Of a stretch of DNA of 64,000 nt, positions 50,733 to 61,924 are shown piece after piece (the stretch's first letter is position 1; each line of letters begins with the position of its first letter). Source of the DNA: Nitrososphaerota archaeon. GTDB taxonomy: Archaea > Thermoproteota > EX4484-205 > JAAOZP01. A program made the translations under genes and the position numbers. The stretch spans positions 23,278 to 87,277 of the forward strand of contig JAAOZP010000019.1 in assembly GCA_011605725.1 (NCBI GenBank), read 5' to 3'. Under the pieces are notes generated by a model. It was not told the DNA's origin. It was given only the letters and a program-made list of their open reading frames with translations, and searched no databases.

Positions 50733-51548
50733 CTAACTAATCAGTTTGGTGGCTTCTTTCATTTCCCTAGCGTATTTAGTCAACCTGTCTAAAAGAATAG
50801 GTAAATCATTCTGGTTTTCTTCTATAATTTTTACAAAGGCGCTACCTACTATGGCTCCCTCTGCACCATATGATATTATGGTTCTGACGTGGTCAGGCTT
50901 AGATATTCCAAAACCTACTGCGAGAGGGATTCTGTTGACTGTATACTGACGTATTCTTTTCAAGGTTTGAATAGTGAGCTGGGCAACATGGTCTCTCATG
51001 CCAGTAACACCAAAGACAGATATAAGGTATAGGAAGCCTGAGTCCATGTTCACTATCTTCTCAAGCCTTTCGGAAGAGGTTGAAGGCGCTGCGAGGAAAA
51101 TAGTGTCGATACCTTTTTCTTCAGCATACTCCTTATACTCGCTAGCCTCTTCAACCGGCAGGTCTGCTACTATTATTCCGTCGACACTGCTCTTACTCGC
51201 CTCTTCTAAGAATCTGCCCACACCCTTTCTAAATATAATATTGTAATAAGTTAAGAGGACGATAGGAGTTTCAATAGTCTTCTTTAACTCCCTGACGATA
51301 TTTAAAACCATCGTCGGAGTGGTTCCTGCACTAAGTGCCCTAACGTCTGAAGCCTGTATTACTGGCCCGTCTGCTATGGGGTCTGAGAAAGGTATTCCAA
51401 TCTCGACGATGTCTACTCCGCCTTCGACAAGTGCTTTGACTATTTTAGGAGTGTACTTTGGTGAAGGATCTCCACCAGTTACGTAGGCTATCAAAGCTCC
51501 TTCACTATTCTTTCTTAGCCTATTGAATGTACTGGATATGTTGCTCAT
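50733..51548 (-). CDS. trpA: Tryptophan synthase alpha chain
   Basis: [17 protein letters not shown] and VGFGIS motifs. Confidence 0.96.
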   Translation of the reverse strand: MSNISSTFNRLRKNSEGALIAYVTGGDPSPKYTPKIVKALVEGGVDIVEIGIPFSDPIADGPVIQASDVRALSAGTTPTMVLNIVRELKKTIETPIVLLTYYNIIFRKGVGRFLEEASKSSVDGIIVADLPVEEASEYKEYAEEKGIDTIFLAAPSTSSERLEKIVNMDSGFLYLISVFGVTGMRDHVAQLTIQTLKRIRQYTVNRIPLAVGFGISKPDHVRTIISYGAEGAIVGSAFVKIIEENQNDLPILLDRLTKYAREMKEATKLIS

Positions 51549-52747
51549 ATTTTAACACCAAGCCTGTTTGCAACAACTTCCACATCCTTATCTCCTCTAC
51601 CGGACAAATTTACTAAAAGTATTTCATCTCGCCCCATTTTTTCAGCAAGCTTCTTAGCATAGGCGAGAGCATGACATGGTTCTAACGCTGGTATTATGCC
51701 CTCGACTTTAGAAAGCTGTAGGAAAGCTTCTAAAGCCTCTTCATCTGTAACCGCATCATACTTTACTCTCCCAATACTTTTTAGAAAACTGTGTTCCGGC
51801 CCCACGCCCGGATAGTCTAAGCCAGCTGAAATACTGTGTGTAGTCAGTATTTGCCCATTTTCATCCTGTAGAACGTAAGAAAGCATTCCATGGAAAACCC
51901 CTTCAGATCCGGCGCAGAGGCTTGCAGCATGTCTTCCAGTATGTAGGCCTTCGCCAGCAGCCTCAATCCCATAGAGCTCTACATCCTTATCTTCAAGAAA
52001 CGGATAGAAGATTCCGATCGCATTACTCCCTCCTCCTATGCAAGCAACTACTGCATCTGGTAGCCTGCTTTCTTGAGCAAGTATCTGCTCCTTTGCTTCA
52101 AACCCTATAACACTCTGAAAATCCCGGACTATCATAGGATATGGATGAGGACCTACGACAGATCCTATGAGATAATATGTTGTTTGCACGTTGGTGACCC
52201 AATCCCTAAGAGCCTCGTTTATCGCATCCTTAAGGGTTTTTGAACCAGATTCTACAGGATGCACTTCCGCACCTAAGAGCCTCATTCTAAAGACATTCAG
52301 CCGCTGCCTCTTCATGTCTTCAGCACCCATGTATATTTCTGCTTTCAAGCCGAGGGCTGCACAAGCCATGGCTGTTGCTACACCATGCTGTCCAGCGCCA
52401 GTTTCAGCAATAATCCTTGTCTTACCCATTTTTTTCGCTAAAAGTGCTTGGCCTATTGTATTGTTTATCTTATGGGCACCACCGTGCGCTAGGTCTTCTC
52501 TCTTCAAGTATATCTTTGGTCCACCGAGTTTTCCAGTAAGGTTGGCTGCGTAGTAAAGAGGAGTAGGTCTGCCGGCAAATTTCTCAAGATAGTATTTAAG
52601 CTTCTTCTTAAACTCTGGATCATCCTTGAACCTTAAGTATGCTTTCTCAAGCTCTTCAAGCGCAGGCATTAAAGTCTCTGGGGCAAACTTGCCTCCATAA
52701 CGCCCGTATTTCCCATCCTTAGGATACTCGTAAGTTATCCTGTTCAT
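51545..52747 (-). CDS. trpB: Tryptophan synthase beta chain (TrpB1)
   Basis: [24 protein letters not shown] and [11 protein letters not shown] motifs. Confidence 0.97.
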   Translation of the reverse strand: MNRITYEYPKDGKYGRYGGKFAPETLMPALEELEKAYLRFKDDPEFKKKLKYYLEKFAGRPTPLYYAANLTGKLGGPKIYLKREDLAHGGAHKINNTIGQALLAKKMGKTRIIAETGAGQHGVATAMACAALGLKAEIYMGAEDMKRQRLNVFRMRLLGAEVHPVESGSKTLKDAINEALRDWVTNVQTTYYLIGSVVGPHPYPMIVRDFQSVIGFEAKEQILAQESRLPDAVVACIGGGSNAIGIFYPFLEDKDVELYGIEAAGEGLHTGRHAASLCAGSEGVFHGMLSYVLQDENGQILTTHSISAGLDYPGVGPEHSFLKSIGRVKYDAVTDEEALEAFLQLSKVEGIIPALEPCHALAYAKKLAEKMGRDEILLVNLSGRGDKDVEVVANRLGVKI

Positions 52748-53385
52748 ATTCCTGCCTCCTTTGCTCTCCTAATAAACTTTGAAACTTTCTCCGGATCCTT
52801 AACACCAGGCTTTGCTTCAACACCTGTCGAAACATCAACGCCATAAGGTTTCACAATATTCACAGCATCTGCAACATTTTCCGGAGTAAGGCCGCCGGCT
52901 AGTATCATCGGCTTAGGATACAACCTATCTCTTATAATCTTGCTCAGCCTCCAGTCATGGGTCCCGCCCGAGCCTCCCAGCCAGCTATCTTTCAGACTAT
53001 CTAGCAGAACTATTCTAAACAGCTCAGAATATTTTACTGCTATATCCAACGCGTTGGGCAGCTTAGCGTTTACTACACCTATCGTTTTCCCCTTGGGAAT
53101 TTTTTCAGCAAAGCGCATTAGTAGATAGGTTTCTCCATGTAGTTGGATATAATCTGGGTTAAGCTTCATAATCTTATCTAAATCCCCTAAGCTCTTGGGG
53201 ATTGTTACTATTACACTTTTAACACTACTGGGTAAAGAAGATATTAGGTATGCAGCCTCGTTAATATCTATGTTTCTTGGAGAGGATGGAACGTTAACTA
53301 CGAAGCCTATGAGATCAGCACCGGCTTTCGCAGCAGATTCAAGGTCTTCAACTCTAGTTATTCCACATATTTTTACCATCACCAT
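52744..53385 (-). CDS. trpF: Phosphoribosylanthranilate isomerase
   Basis: [21 protein letters not shown] and DVSTGVE motifs. Confidence 0.95.
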   Translation of the reverse strand: MVMVKICGITRVEDLESAAKAGADLIGFVVNVPSSPRNIDINEAAYLISSLPSSVKSVIVTIPKSLGDLDKIMKLNPDYIQLHGETYLLMRFAEKIPKGKTIGVVNAKLPNALDIAVKYSELFRIVLLDSLKDSWLGGSGGTHDWRLSKIIRDRLYPKPMILAGGLTPENVADAVNIVKPYGVDVSTGVEAKPGVKDPEKVSKFIRRAKEAGI

Positions 53386-53387
53386 TT

Positions 53388-54173
53388 TTAATCAGCCTCT
53401 ACAAAACTCCTAATCTTCTCCTCGACATCCTCAGACAGCATTATTGATGTTCCAATAAGAAACGCTTTTACACCATATTCCCTCAATAACCTCATTTGGC
53501 CTGGAGAATCTATTCCGCTCTCGCTCACTATTATTTTTCCACAGGTGCCATACTTACTAAGTATGTTTATTGTAGTGTTGATGTCTACTTCGAGTGTAGA
53601 AAGATTCCTATTGTTTATTCCAATCATATCTGCTCCTGAATATATGGCGTTAAGAAACTCTTCTAAACTATGGACTTCGAGCAGGACTTCAATATCGTAA
53701 GAATGTGCAATGTCAATCATCTCTTCTAGACTTGCTTGAGAATACTCCTTGTCGAAGAGTTTTTGAATAAGCAGTATGGCGTCGGCCCCTATTCGCGAAG
53801 CTGCTTCAACCTGAGTGTAACTAACTATGAAATCCTTCATCAAAAGCGGAATGTTTACAGTTTTTCGAATATTCTTGAAAGAATTAAGTGATCCGTGAAA
53901 ATATTTAGGTTCTGTTAAAACAGAGATTCCTACTGCTCCTGCCCTTTCTGCTGACACAGCTATTTGAACAGCGTCTTCACTATTTCTCAAAAAGCCTCTT
54001 GACGGAGATGCCGGCTTAAACTCTGCTATAATAGGGTTTTTAGTACAAGATAATACTGTTTTCTTTAAGCTTACCTTCTCATGTTCAACAGGATCTACGT
54101 TATAATATCCAGACTCTATTGTTCCCCTAACGCTCTTAATGATTTCTTCTATAAAATCAGTCATCTTTCTCAA
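53388..54173 (-). CDS. trpC: Indole-3-glycerol phosphate synthase
   Basis: IAEFKPASPS, SVLTEPKYF and GINNRNL motifs. Confidence 0.95.
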   Translation of the reverse strand: MRKMTDFIEEIIKSVRGTIESGYYNVDPVEHEKVSLKKTVLSCTKNPIIAEFKPASPSRGFLRNSEDAVQIAVSAERAGAVGISVLTEPKYFHGSLNSFKNIRKTVNIPLLMKDFIVSYTQVEAASRIGADAILLIQKLFDKEYSQASLEEMIDIAHSYDIEVLLEVHSLEEFLNAIYSGADMIGINNRNLSTLEVDINTTINILSKYGTCGKIIVSESGIDSPGQMRLLREYGVKAFLIGTSIMLSEDVEEKIRSFVEAD

Positions 54174-55230
54174 ACTCCTCTAAGACTGAGAGATTTCCCC
54201 CACTATACTTTATTAGTTCTTTAAGCTTATTGTATGCTGCGCCGCTTTCAATAGACTCTTTCGCAATCTCAACTGCTTCACTAATATTCTTCGCCTTACC
54301 TCCTAAAAATATTGCTGCGGAAGCATTAAGTAAAGCCATATTTCTTTTTGAAATCAGTTTCTGATCGTTTCCTACACGGTTTTTCAATATGCCGATTGCA
54401 ACCTTAACACTTTCTTCTTTAGACGAAACTTCGATAAGGCTTTTATCAACCTTATTAAAGCCAAAGTCTTCAGGATCAATATATTTTGAACTAATCTTTC
54501 CGTCCGACAGAAGGAAAGCCTTAGTCTTTCCTGAGATTGAAATCTCATCTACCCCGTCTAAGCTGTGTACAACTATTGCATCATTAATGCCTAGGTTCTT
54601 GAGCACTTCTGCGACAGGTTTAAGAAGCTGCGCGTCATAAACTCCTAAGAGGTGAGCGTTAGCACCCGCAGGATTAGTAAGGGGTCCCAGGATGTTAAAG
54701 ACTGTCCTTATCCCTATTTCTCTCCTGGGCCCTATTGCATACTTCATAGCAGGGTGGAAAACCGGAGCGAACATAAATCCTATCCCAATGCTTTCTATAG
54801 CCTTTTCTACCTCCTCAGGACTCATGTTAAGATTGAATCCTAATGCTTCTAAGAGGTCTGCACTGCCACACTTGCTGGTTACAGAACGGTTTCCATGCTT
54901 CGCTATGTAAACACCTGCCCCGGCTGCTATGAAAGCTGCTACAGTGCTTACATTAAAAGTCTTAAATGCATCTCCTCCTGTACCGCATGTATCGACGAGC
55001 CTGCTCTTAATTTTTGGACGAATCCGATGACAGAATTTTCTCATTACTGATGCGAATGCAGTTATCTCTTCAACAGTCTCTCCTTTCATTCTTAATGCTG
55101 TTATGAATGAAGCTATCTGCCCATCACTCGCCTTTCCAGTCATTATTTCGGTCATCGCCTCTTCGGCTTCTTCGGGAAGGAGGTTTTTCCTTTCAACAAG
55201 CTTGGATATACATTCTCTTATCAAACTCAA
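54157..55230 (-). CDS. trpD: Anthranilate phosphoribosyltransferase
   Basis: [23 protein letters not shown] and [10 protein letters not shown] motifs. Confidence 0.96.
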   Translation of the reverse strand: MSLIRECISKLVERKNLLPEEAEEAMTEIMTGKASDGQIASFITALRMKGETVEEITAFASVMRKFCHRIRPKIKSRLVDTCGTGGDAFKTFNVSTVAAFIAAGAGVYIAKHGNRSVTSKCGSADLLEALGFNLNMSPEEVEKAIESIGIGFMFAPVFHPAMKYAIGPRREIGIRTVFNILGPLTNPAGANAHLLGVYDAQLLKPVAEVLKNLGINDAIVVHSLDGVDEISISGKTKAFLLSDGKISSKYIDPEDFGFNKVDKSLIEVSSKEESVKVAIGILKNRVGNDQKLISKRNMALLNASAAIFLGGKAKNISEAVEIAKESIESGAAYNKLKELIKYSGGNLSVLEEFEKDD

Positions 55231-55811
55231 TACGCCTCCTCGAGAAAATTCTTCAGTATCTTCTTACCCTCGCGAGTAAGTATTGACTCAGGGTGAAACT
55301 GTATACCCTCAATCGGGTACTCGACGTGTCTCAAACCCATGATCTCACAATCTTCTAAAGAGTATGCTGTTATTTTCAACGAAGAGGGCATGTCGAAAAC
55401 ACTGACTACTAAGGAATGGTAGCGCGTTGCCTCAAAAGGATTTGAAACCCCTCTGAATATTCCCTTACCATCATGTTTAATCATACTGGTCTTCCCGTGC
55501 ATGAGCTTACTGGCATGAGAGATCTTTGCGCCAAAGGCGTATGCAATACCCTGGTGTCCAAGACAAATCCCCAGTATAGGGATCTTCGAACCGAGCCTCC
55601 GGATTATGGAAATACAATTTCCAAAAAAACTCTTATCCTCAGGAGTACCTGGGCCGGGGGATATTATTATCCTGTCAGGATTAAGCCTTTTCGCCTTCTT
55701 CACGTTAATAGTGTCGTTTCTGAAAACCATTACAGACGCACCTAGTTCTCCCAAATATTGAGCAATATTGTAGACGAAAGAATCGTAATTATCTATTAGT
55801 AAAACTCTCAT
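55227..55811 (-). CDS. trpG: Anthranilate synthase component II
   Basis: IDNYDSF, SPGPG, GICLGHQ and QFHPES motifs. Confidence 0.95.
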   Translation of the reverse strand: MRVLLIDNYDSFVYNIAQYLGELGASVMVFRNDTINVKKAKRLNPDRIIISPGPGTPEDKSFFGNCISIIRRLGSKIPILGICLGHQGIAYAFGAKISHASKLMHGKTSMIKHDGKGIFRGVSNPFEATRYHSLVVSVFDMPSSLKITAYSLEDCEIMGLRHVEYPIEGIQFHPESILTREGKKILKNFLEEAY

Positions 55812-57220
55812 TTTCTACCACCCGCCAGACTTAAAGCCTTTAGAAGAGCCCTTGCTTTATGTTCCGTCTCAAACCATTCTCTCTCCGGAATAGAGTCGGC
55901 AACAACTCCTGCTCCGACTTGAATATGTCCTCTGTTACCTCTTACAATAAGGGTTCTGATAGTTATTGCAAAATCCGCATTACCATTATAAGAAAAATAT
56001 CCTACTGCACCAGCATACGGCCCTCTCCTCGTAGGCTCAAGTTCTTCGATTATCTCCATTGCTCTTACTTTTGGAGCTCCCGATACTGTTCCAGCAGGAA
56101 GCATAGATTTCAAAACGTCAAAGCAATCCTTGTCCGGCGCGAGTATTCCGACAACTCTAGAAACAATATGTTGAACATGACTGTATTTATGTATTACCAT
56201 GAAATCCGGTACTTTCACTGAACCGTATTCTGCGACTCTGCCTAGATCGTTCCTAGCTAGGTCTACGAGCATTACGTGTTCCGCCCTTTCTTTAGGATCA
56301 GCTAATAGTTCTTTTGCCAGCTTATTGTCAAGCATTGGATTCCCAGTCTTCTGACAGGTTCCAGCTATCGGATATGTTTCAATAATCCTGCCGTCAACCT
56401 TAACAAGCATCTCTGGACTTGACCCAATTATCCAATTATTATCATGCTTCAAAAAATACATGTATGGTGAAGGGTTGATTTTTCTAAGCGCTTGATAGAA
56501 GCTTAAAAGGTCTCCACGAATATTGAAACTATATCTTTTTGAAAGTACGATTTGGAAGATGTCGCCATTAAAAATATATTCCTTGGCTTTAATAACAATC
56601 TCTTCATACTCTTTCTTGCAAATATTCGGCTTAGGTTTACTAAACCTTAGGATTTCAAAACTTCTGCTAGACTTGAGTTTCTCTTCTAAAACGCTTATCC
56701 TATTCTCTCCTCTGTAGAAATAATATGCTCTTCTCTTAGCATGTTCGAATATTATTCCGTCATCATAAATACCCATTTCTAAATCAGGAAGCTTAAGATC
56801 ATCAACGGCTATTGATGGAAGCTTCTCACAATACCTTACAGCATCGTAGGAAACATAACCCACAGCGCCCCCAATAAATCTCGGATATTCTCGTTGAATA
56901 ACTCTTGAATTCAACTCCTCTCTGACTATTTGCAGAGGGTTGCTAGTTTTTACGACATCCCTGTTTTCACCAATGATTTCTGCCTTTCCGTCTTTAACTC
57001 TGATGACCATCTTAGGGTCAAAACCTATGAAAGAGAATTCTGCAAGCTTCTCTGGCCCAGTTGCTGATTCTAACAAGTATACATAGTTGTATTCATTTAC
57101 CAGCTTGGAAAAAACTTTGACGGGGCTTTCATAAGTAATCTCTTTAACTCTGAACTCTACCTTCTCGGCATTCCTAATAGAAAGTTTGCTGCCCAAGGTT
57201 GCAATGGTTCGAGTGGCCAC
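55808..57220 (-). CDS. trpE: Anthranilate synthase component I
   Basis: [26 protein letters not shown] and GTVSGAPK motifs; start placed at GTG 57220, downstream of the TATA box. Confidence 0.93.
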   Translation of the reverse strand: MATRTIATLGSKLSIRNAEKVEFRVKEITYESPVKVFSKLVNEYNYVYLLESATGPEKLAEFSFIGFDPKMVIRVKDGKAEIIGENRDVVKTSNPLQIVREELNSRVIQREYPRFIGGAVGYVSYDAVRYCEKLPSIAVDDLKLPDLEMGIYDDGIIFEHAKRRAYYFYRGENRISVLEEKLKSSRSFEILRFSKPKPNICKKEYEEIVIKAKEYIFNGDIFQIVLSKRYSFNIRGDLLSFYQALRKINPSPYMYFLKHDNNWIIGSSPEMLVKVDGRIIETYPIAGTCQKTGNPMLDNKLAKELLADPKERAEHVMLVDLARNDLGRVAEYGSVKVPDFMVIHKYSHVQHIVSRVVGILAPDKDCFDVLKSMLPAGTVSGAPKVRAMEIIEELEPTRRGPYAGAVGYFSYNGNADFAITIRTLIVRGNRGHIQVGAGVVADSIPEREWFETEHKARALLKALSLAGGRK

Positions 57221-57245
57221 GAAGTTTCCTGCGGAAAAAAGACAA

Positions 57246-57291
57246 TATATAAAAAATTCTGAACAAATGCATACATGTATACATCTGTTCA
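57246..57291 (-). promoter_or_regulatory. trp operon promoter: TATA box plus 32-bp palindromic operator
   Basis: TTTTTTATATA on the minus strand at 57246-57256; TGAACAAATGCATACA|TGTATACATCTGTTCA at 57260-57291. Confidence 0.7.
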
Positions 57292-57367
57292 AAAAATACG
57301 TTCAAATTTCCAATAATCTTTTTTCTAAATCATTATTTTGGTGCCCTTTGTTGAAATCATAGGGAAT

Positions 57368-57839
57368 CTGCAGCTGGACGTTGAGCCGATGGCTTACGTG
57401 TCAGGCTTCAGCGAAGTTCTCAGGGAAGACGAGCCGGCGGAAACCCTTTCAGAAGATGATGTTTTAAAAATGCTTTGAAGAAGGATGAAAATGTTTGTGC
57501 CCGTCCAAGTGTGAAGTTAGGCATTAGCTTGAAACAGGCCGTCGGGTTAGACGAGCCTATCGATCCGGTGGAGAGAGTACATAAGGCTCTTGAAAAATCA
57601 GGGCAAACAGGAAATTGAATGCGTTCATAACAGTAGACGCAGAAGGAGCGCTGAAGGGGGCTGGAGAGATTAAGAGAAAAATGGAGGAGGGTGGAAAACT
57701 GGCAGGTTATGGGGGCTTATAGTGGCTGTCAAAGATAATATTTCTACAAAAGGTTTGAAAACTACATGTACCTCTAAAATGCTTGAAAACTATATTCCGG
57801 TTTATGACGCCACTGTTATTGAGAGAATAAGGAGGGAGG
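57368..57839 (+). pseudogene. Degenerate inverted copy of the gatC 3' end and gatA 5' end
   Basis: Matches the reverse complement of 32468-32935; near-identical at both ends, diverged and frameshifted in the middle. Confidence 0.9.
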
Positions 57840-57871
57840 GTTCTTCGTGGAAATTACATTAGAAGGAGCAG

Positions 57872-58239
57872 ATGAAATTGAATGTACCGGGCTGCTTCCA
57901 CATGATATTTCCACGAAGGATGAGGAATTGCAAAAGAAGATACTTGATTTTTCTCAACAATGTCTACTCAAAGGATTCCCACCCATGTGTTAAAAAAGAT
58001 TTGCTGAAGGCGTTGAAATTTGAGGAGAACGATATAGTCAGGACGATAACTTATCTCGAGGGCAAAGATGAGTGGTTTATTGACGGAAACTTCATGAGCC
58101 AAATTACTTCTTAAGGTATCGATACCGTTGAGAAAATGAAGCTGGTACAAAAGAACTTATTGTTCATTAGTTATCACCACAAGGATAAAGAAATCGCTTC
58201 TCATATAAAGTCAGAATTAAGTAACTTCGGTAGCGCGCG
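57872..58239 (+). pseudogene. wHTH-TIR domain protein pseudogene
   Basis: Reading through the stop at 58112 gives GIDTVEKMKLVQKNLLFISYHHKDKEIASHIKSELSNFG, a TIR N-terminus (FISY..D), cut at the motif at 58231. Confidence 0.7.
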
Positions 58240-58350
58240 AACCCGCACCTACCCTTCTTCAACGAAATCATCTCCCGTTCCAAGAATTTAAGCAAATATG
58301 CTTAACTGGCTTAAACACTAGCCTCAGATCCCGCTCTATAGAAGCTTTGA

Positions 58351-58442
58351 AGCCTCGGGAGGGATTTGAACCCTCGGCTAACAGCTTCCCCGGCTTTTTC
58401 TGCTTACAAGGCTGCCACTCTACCAGGCTGAGTTACCGAGGC
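58351..58442 (-). tRNA. tRNA-Thr(TGT) with anticodon-loop intron
   Basis: Acceptor GCCTCGG/CCGAGGC, stem GCAGC/GCTGT, loop CTTGTA., 18-nt insert. Confidence 0.9.
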
Positions 58443-58667
58443 TCAATAGCATTTTTGAAAAAAGGGGTTTAAAACGTTTTCGCCTAAGCCTCTTTAAGGT
58501 TGATGGTCTGGGTTACGGTTCTTAAGCGGCGTTAAACAGTTTCAGATGGGAACCGGTTTTGGTTTCAGCGTTGCTTATTCTCCTCACTGTTTGACCACTT
58601 CTCCACTGTCGCCTAATCCGGTGTACGAGCGTTGAACTTGCTTCCAGTAACAATGATTCTGGCTGAG

Positions 58668-58741
58668 GGCCGCTGCCGAGATTCGAACTCGGACAAGTGG
58701 CTCCACAGGCCACCGCGCTGCCTGGTTACGCTACAGCGGCC
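58668..58741 (-). tRNA. tRNA-His(GTG), G-1 genomically encoded
   Basis: G-GCCGCTG.../CAGCGGC-C; anticodon arm GTGGC-CTGTGGA-GCCAC. Confidence 0.93.
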
Positions 58742-58861
58742 GTTTTTTAAGAGACAGCCTATTGTAACCTGTTTCATGGTGTTTTAAACTTTTTCACCAT
58801 TCCAGTGGATAGTAAACCGTGGGGGAAAACATTATATATCGTTACGGGAAACTATTCGCCG

Positions 58862-58948
58862 GGGCCGGTAGTTCAGTGGTAGAATGTCCGACTTGCACTC
58901 GGAATGGGTGACCCCGAATGGTCGTGGGTTCGAGTCCCACCCGGTCCA
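58862..58948 (+). tRNA. tRNA-Ala(TGC) with non-canonical 15-nt intron in the variable loop (44/45; 58905-58919)
   Basis: G3:U70 pair; TCCGA-CTTGCAC-TCGGA; BHB with TCGG/CCGA helix and AAT/ATG bulges. Confidence 0.9.
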
Positions 58949-59017
58949 TTCCTCGAATTTTTCCAGTGTTTAAAACACTCGTCGAATCTGAGAAATTTTC
59001 GACTCTTCCTTTTTCAA

Positions 59018-59932
59018 CTAGCTTATTTGAAAGGCTTGAGCAGGGTTCTTGACTAAAACCTCTTCCACAAGGCTCCGGCTGAATCCTTCCCTCAGCATGA
59101 GTGGGATGAAATGCTTCACCAGGTAGCTGTACGGCCTGATGACGCCTCCCCTGTTCTCGCCCACGTTGTACCATCCTGCGTCCTGAGAAAGGAGAAGCCT
59201 GCTGCTGAAACCGTTCTCAACCACGAGCCGTATCAGGTTTAAAACTTTAGTCGACGCGGCTTCACTAACACCATCGTATTCAACCCACGCGCCCCGCCTC
59301 AGTATTTCAAGATGATAATTCCAATCCTCCTCGGAGTCGCAGTGTGCAACTATTACTTTAGCAGGGTCCAAACCCTCTTCATCAATTATGTTCAACAGCT
59401 CTACTGCCGCTATGCCGCTGGCGGTGTGGCAAACAATAGTGGCCCCGGTGGACAGGCTGCATCTAGAGGCTGCTCTCACAATCTTCTGCTGTATCGGAAT
59501 TATGCGGCCAGGGTTCACCGCGATCTTCACGAAGCCTGCTTTAACACGTGTCTCCTCAATACCCTGCTCAATCTCGCTTGCCCACATGCCGGCCAGCTGG
59601 TCCGCCGAGTATTCGAAAACATACTTCGGTAGGAAAGGCTCCTTATACAGGCCCGTGTTGGTCAGGATATGGATTCCTGAGGCTTTCGACAGGCTGGCGA
59701 GCAGCTGCGGGTCTCTTCCGATGAACGCTGGCGTGCAGTCTACGAATCCTGAGACGCCAAGCTGCTTAACCTCGCGCAAGTAGGGCAGCATGACGTTGAA
59801 AACCTCCAGTGGGTCGTAGCGGTCCCTACTAGTCCTGTCGGCCCCTATGAAATCGCAGAGTATGTGCTCATGCACAAGTGTCAGCCCAAGCTCGTCAGGC
59901 TGAATGTCTCCCAATACTGTCCTGATCTTCAC
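59018..59932 (-). CDS. Phosphotriesterase-family amidohydrolase
   Basis: IRTVLG, TLVHEHI, VKIA, CHT, AHCD and LLLSQDAG motifs. Confidence 0.9.
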   Translation of the reverse strand: MKIRTVLGDIQPDELGLTLVHEHILCDFIGADRTSRDRYDPLEVFNVMLPYLREVKQLGVSGFVDCTPAFIGRDPQLLASLSKASGIHILTNTGLYKEPFLPKYVFEYSADQLAGMWASEIEQGIEETRVKAGFVKIAVNPGRIIPIQQKIVRAASRCSLSTGATIVCHTASGIAAVELLNIIDEEGLDPAKVIVAHCDSEEDWNYHLEILRRGAWVEYDGVSEAASTKVLNLIRLVVENGFSSRLLLSQDAGWYNVGENRGGVIRPYSYLVKHFIPLMLREGFSRSLVEEVLVKNPAQAFQIS

Positions 59933-60220
59933 GGGACAGTTTCGGCGGCCGAAATAGTTAAGCTTAGTTCCACAGGATTGTTGACCCACGTCTGACCAGC
60001 CTGGTTTTCCACTGGAAGAGGTCTTTCAAAAACCTATTTTGGAATCGGTTCCACCAGGCCTTTTAAAAAGTCTCAAACGCGTTAGAAATGCTTAAATAAG
60101 CGTCTGGTCAACTATATTCCAGCCACACTGGAACGGCGTGCCTCCTAGACACTGGTGTGAAACCAGGTATGACAAGGGGGCTCCACGTGTGGACACAATA
60201 TCTTGAGGACTCGAAAGAGT

Positions 60221-60267
60221 CTGATGCTGTTGAACATGTAAGGAAAGTCCACCGTCCAAAGACCGTA
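60221..60267 (+). other. 5' arm of the 16S pre-rRNA processing stem (pairs with about 61771-61813)
   Basis: TGATGCTGTTGAACATGT..AAGG..GTCCACCGTCC is complementary to GGACGGTGGAC-CCTT..ACATGTTCAACAGCATCG, with BHB-type bulges. Confidence 0.8.
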
Positions 60268-60273
60268 ACTCCC

Positions 60274-61771
<1,498 letters not shown>

Positions 61772-61924
61772 ACGTTTAGGACGGTGGACCCTTAAAACAT
61801 GTTCAACAGCATCGTTGTAATGACCCTAAGCTTTACGCTTAGGCGAATGCATGAGCCCAAACGTGTTGGGCTGTGAGTGCGTCACAGGCAGGTCACAGAC
61901 TGTTCCAACGGGAAGTTGGGGCCG

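Larger units (their letters stand above)
37396..58239. mobile_element. Accessory region / decayed genomic island between two convergent tRNA-Thr genes
   Basis: Begins at the tRNA-Thr(GGT) 3' end; partial tRNA repeat at 42859; many pseudogenes and TA modules; no integrase seen. Confidence 0.65.

Noticed and set aside
57221-57292. N-terminal extension of trpE (MNRCIHVCIC...) as a leader peptide
   Set aside because: It overlaps the TATA box and operator and contains no Trp codons.
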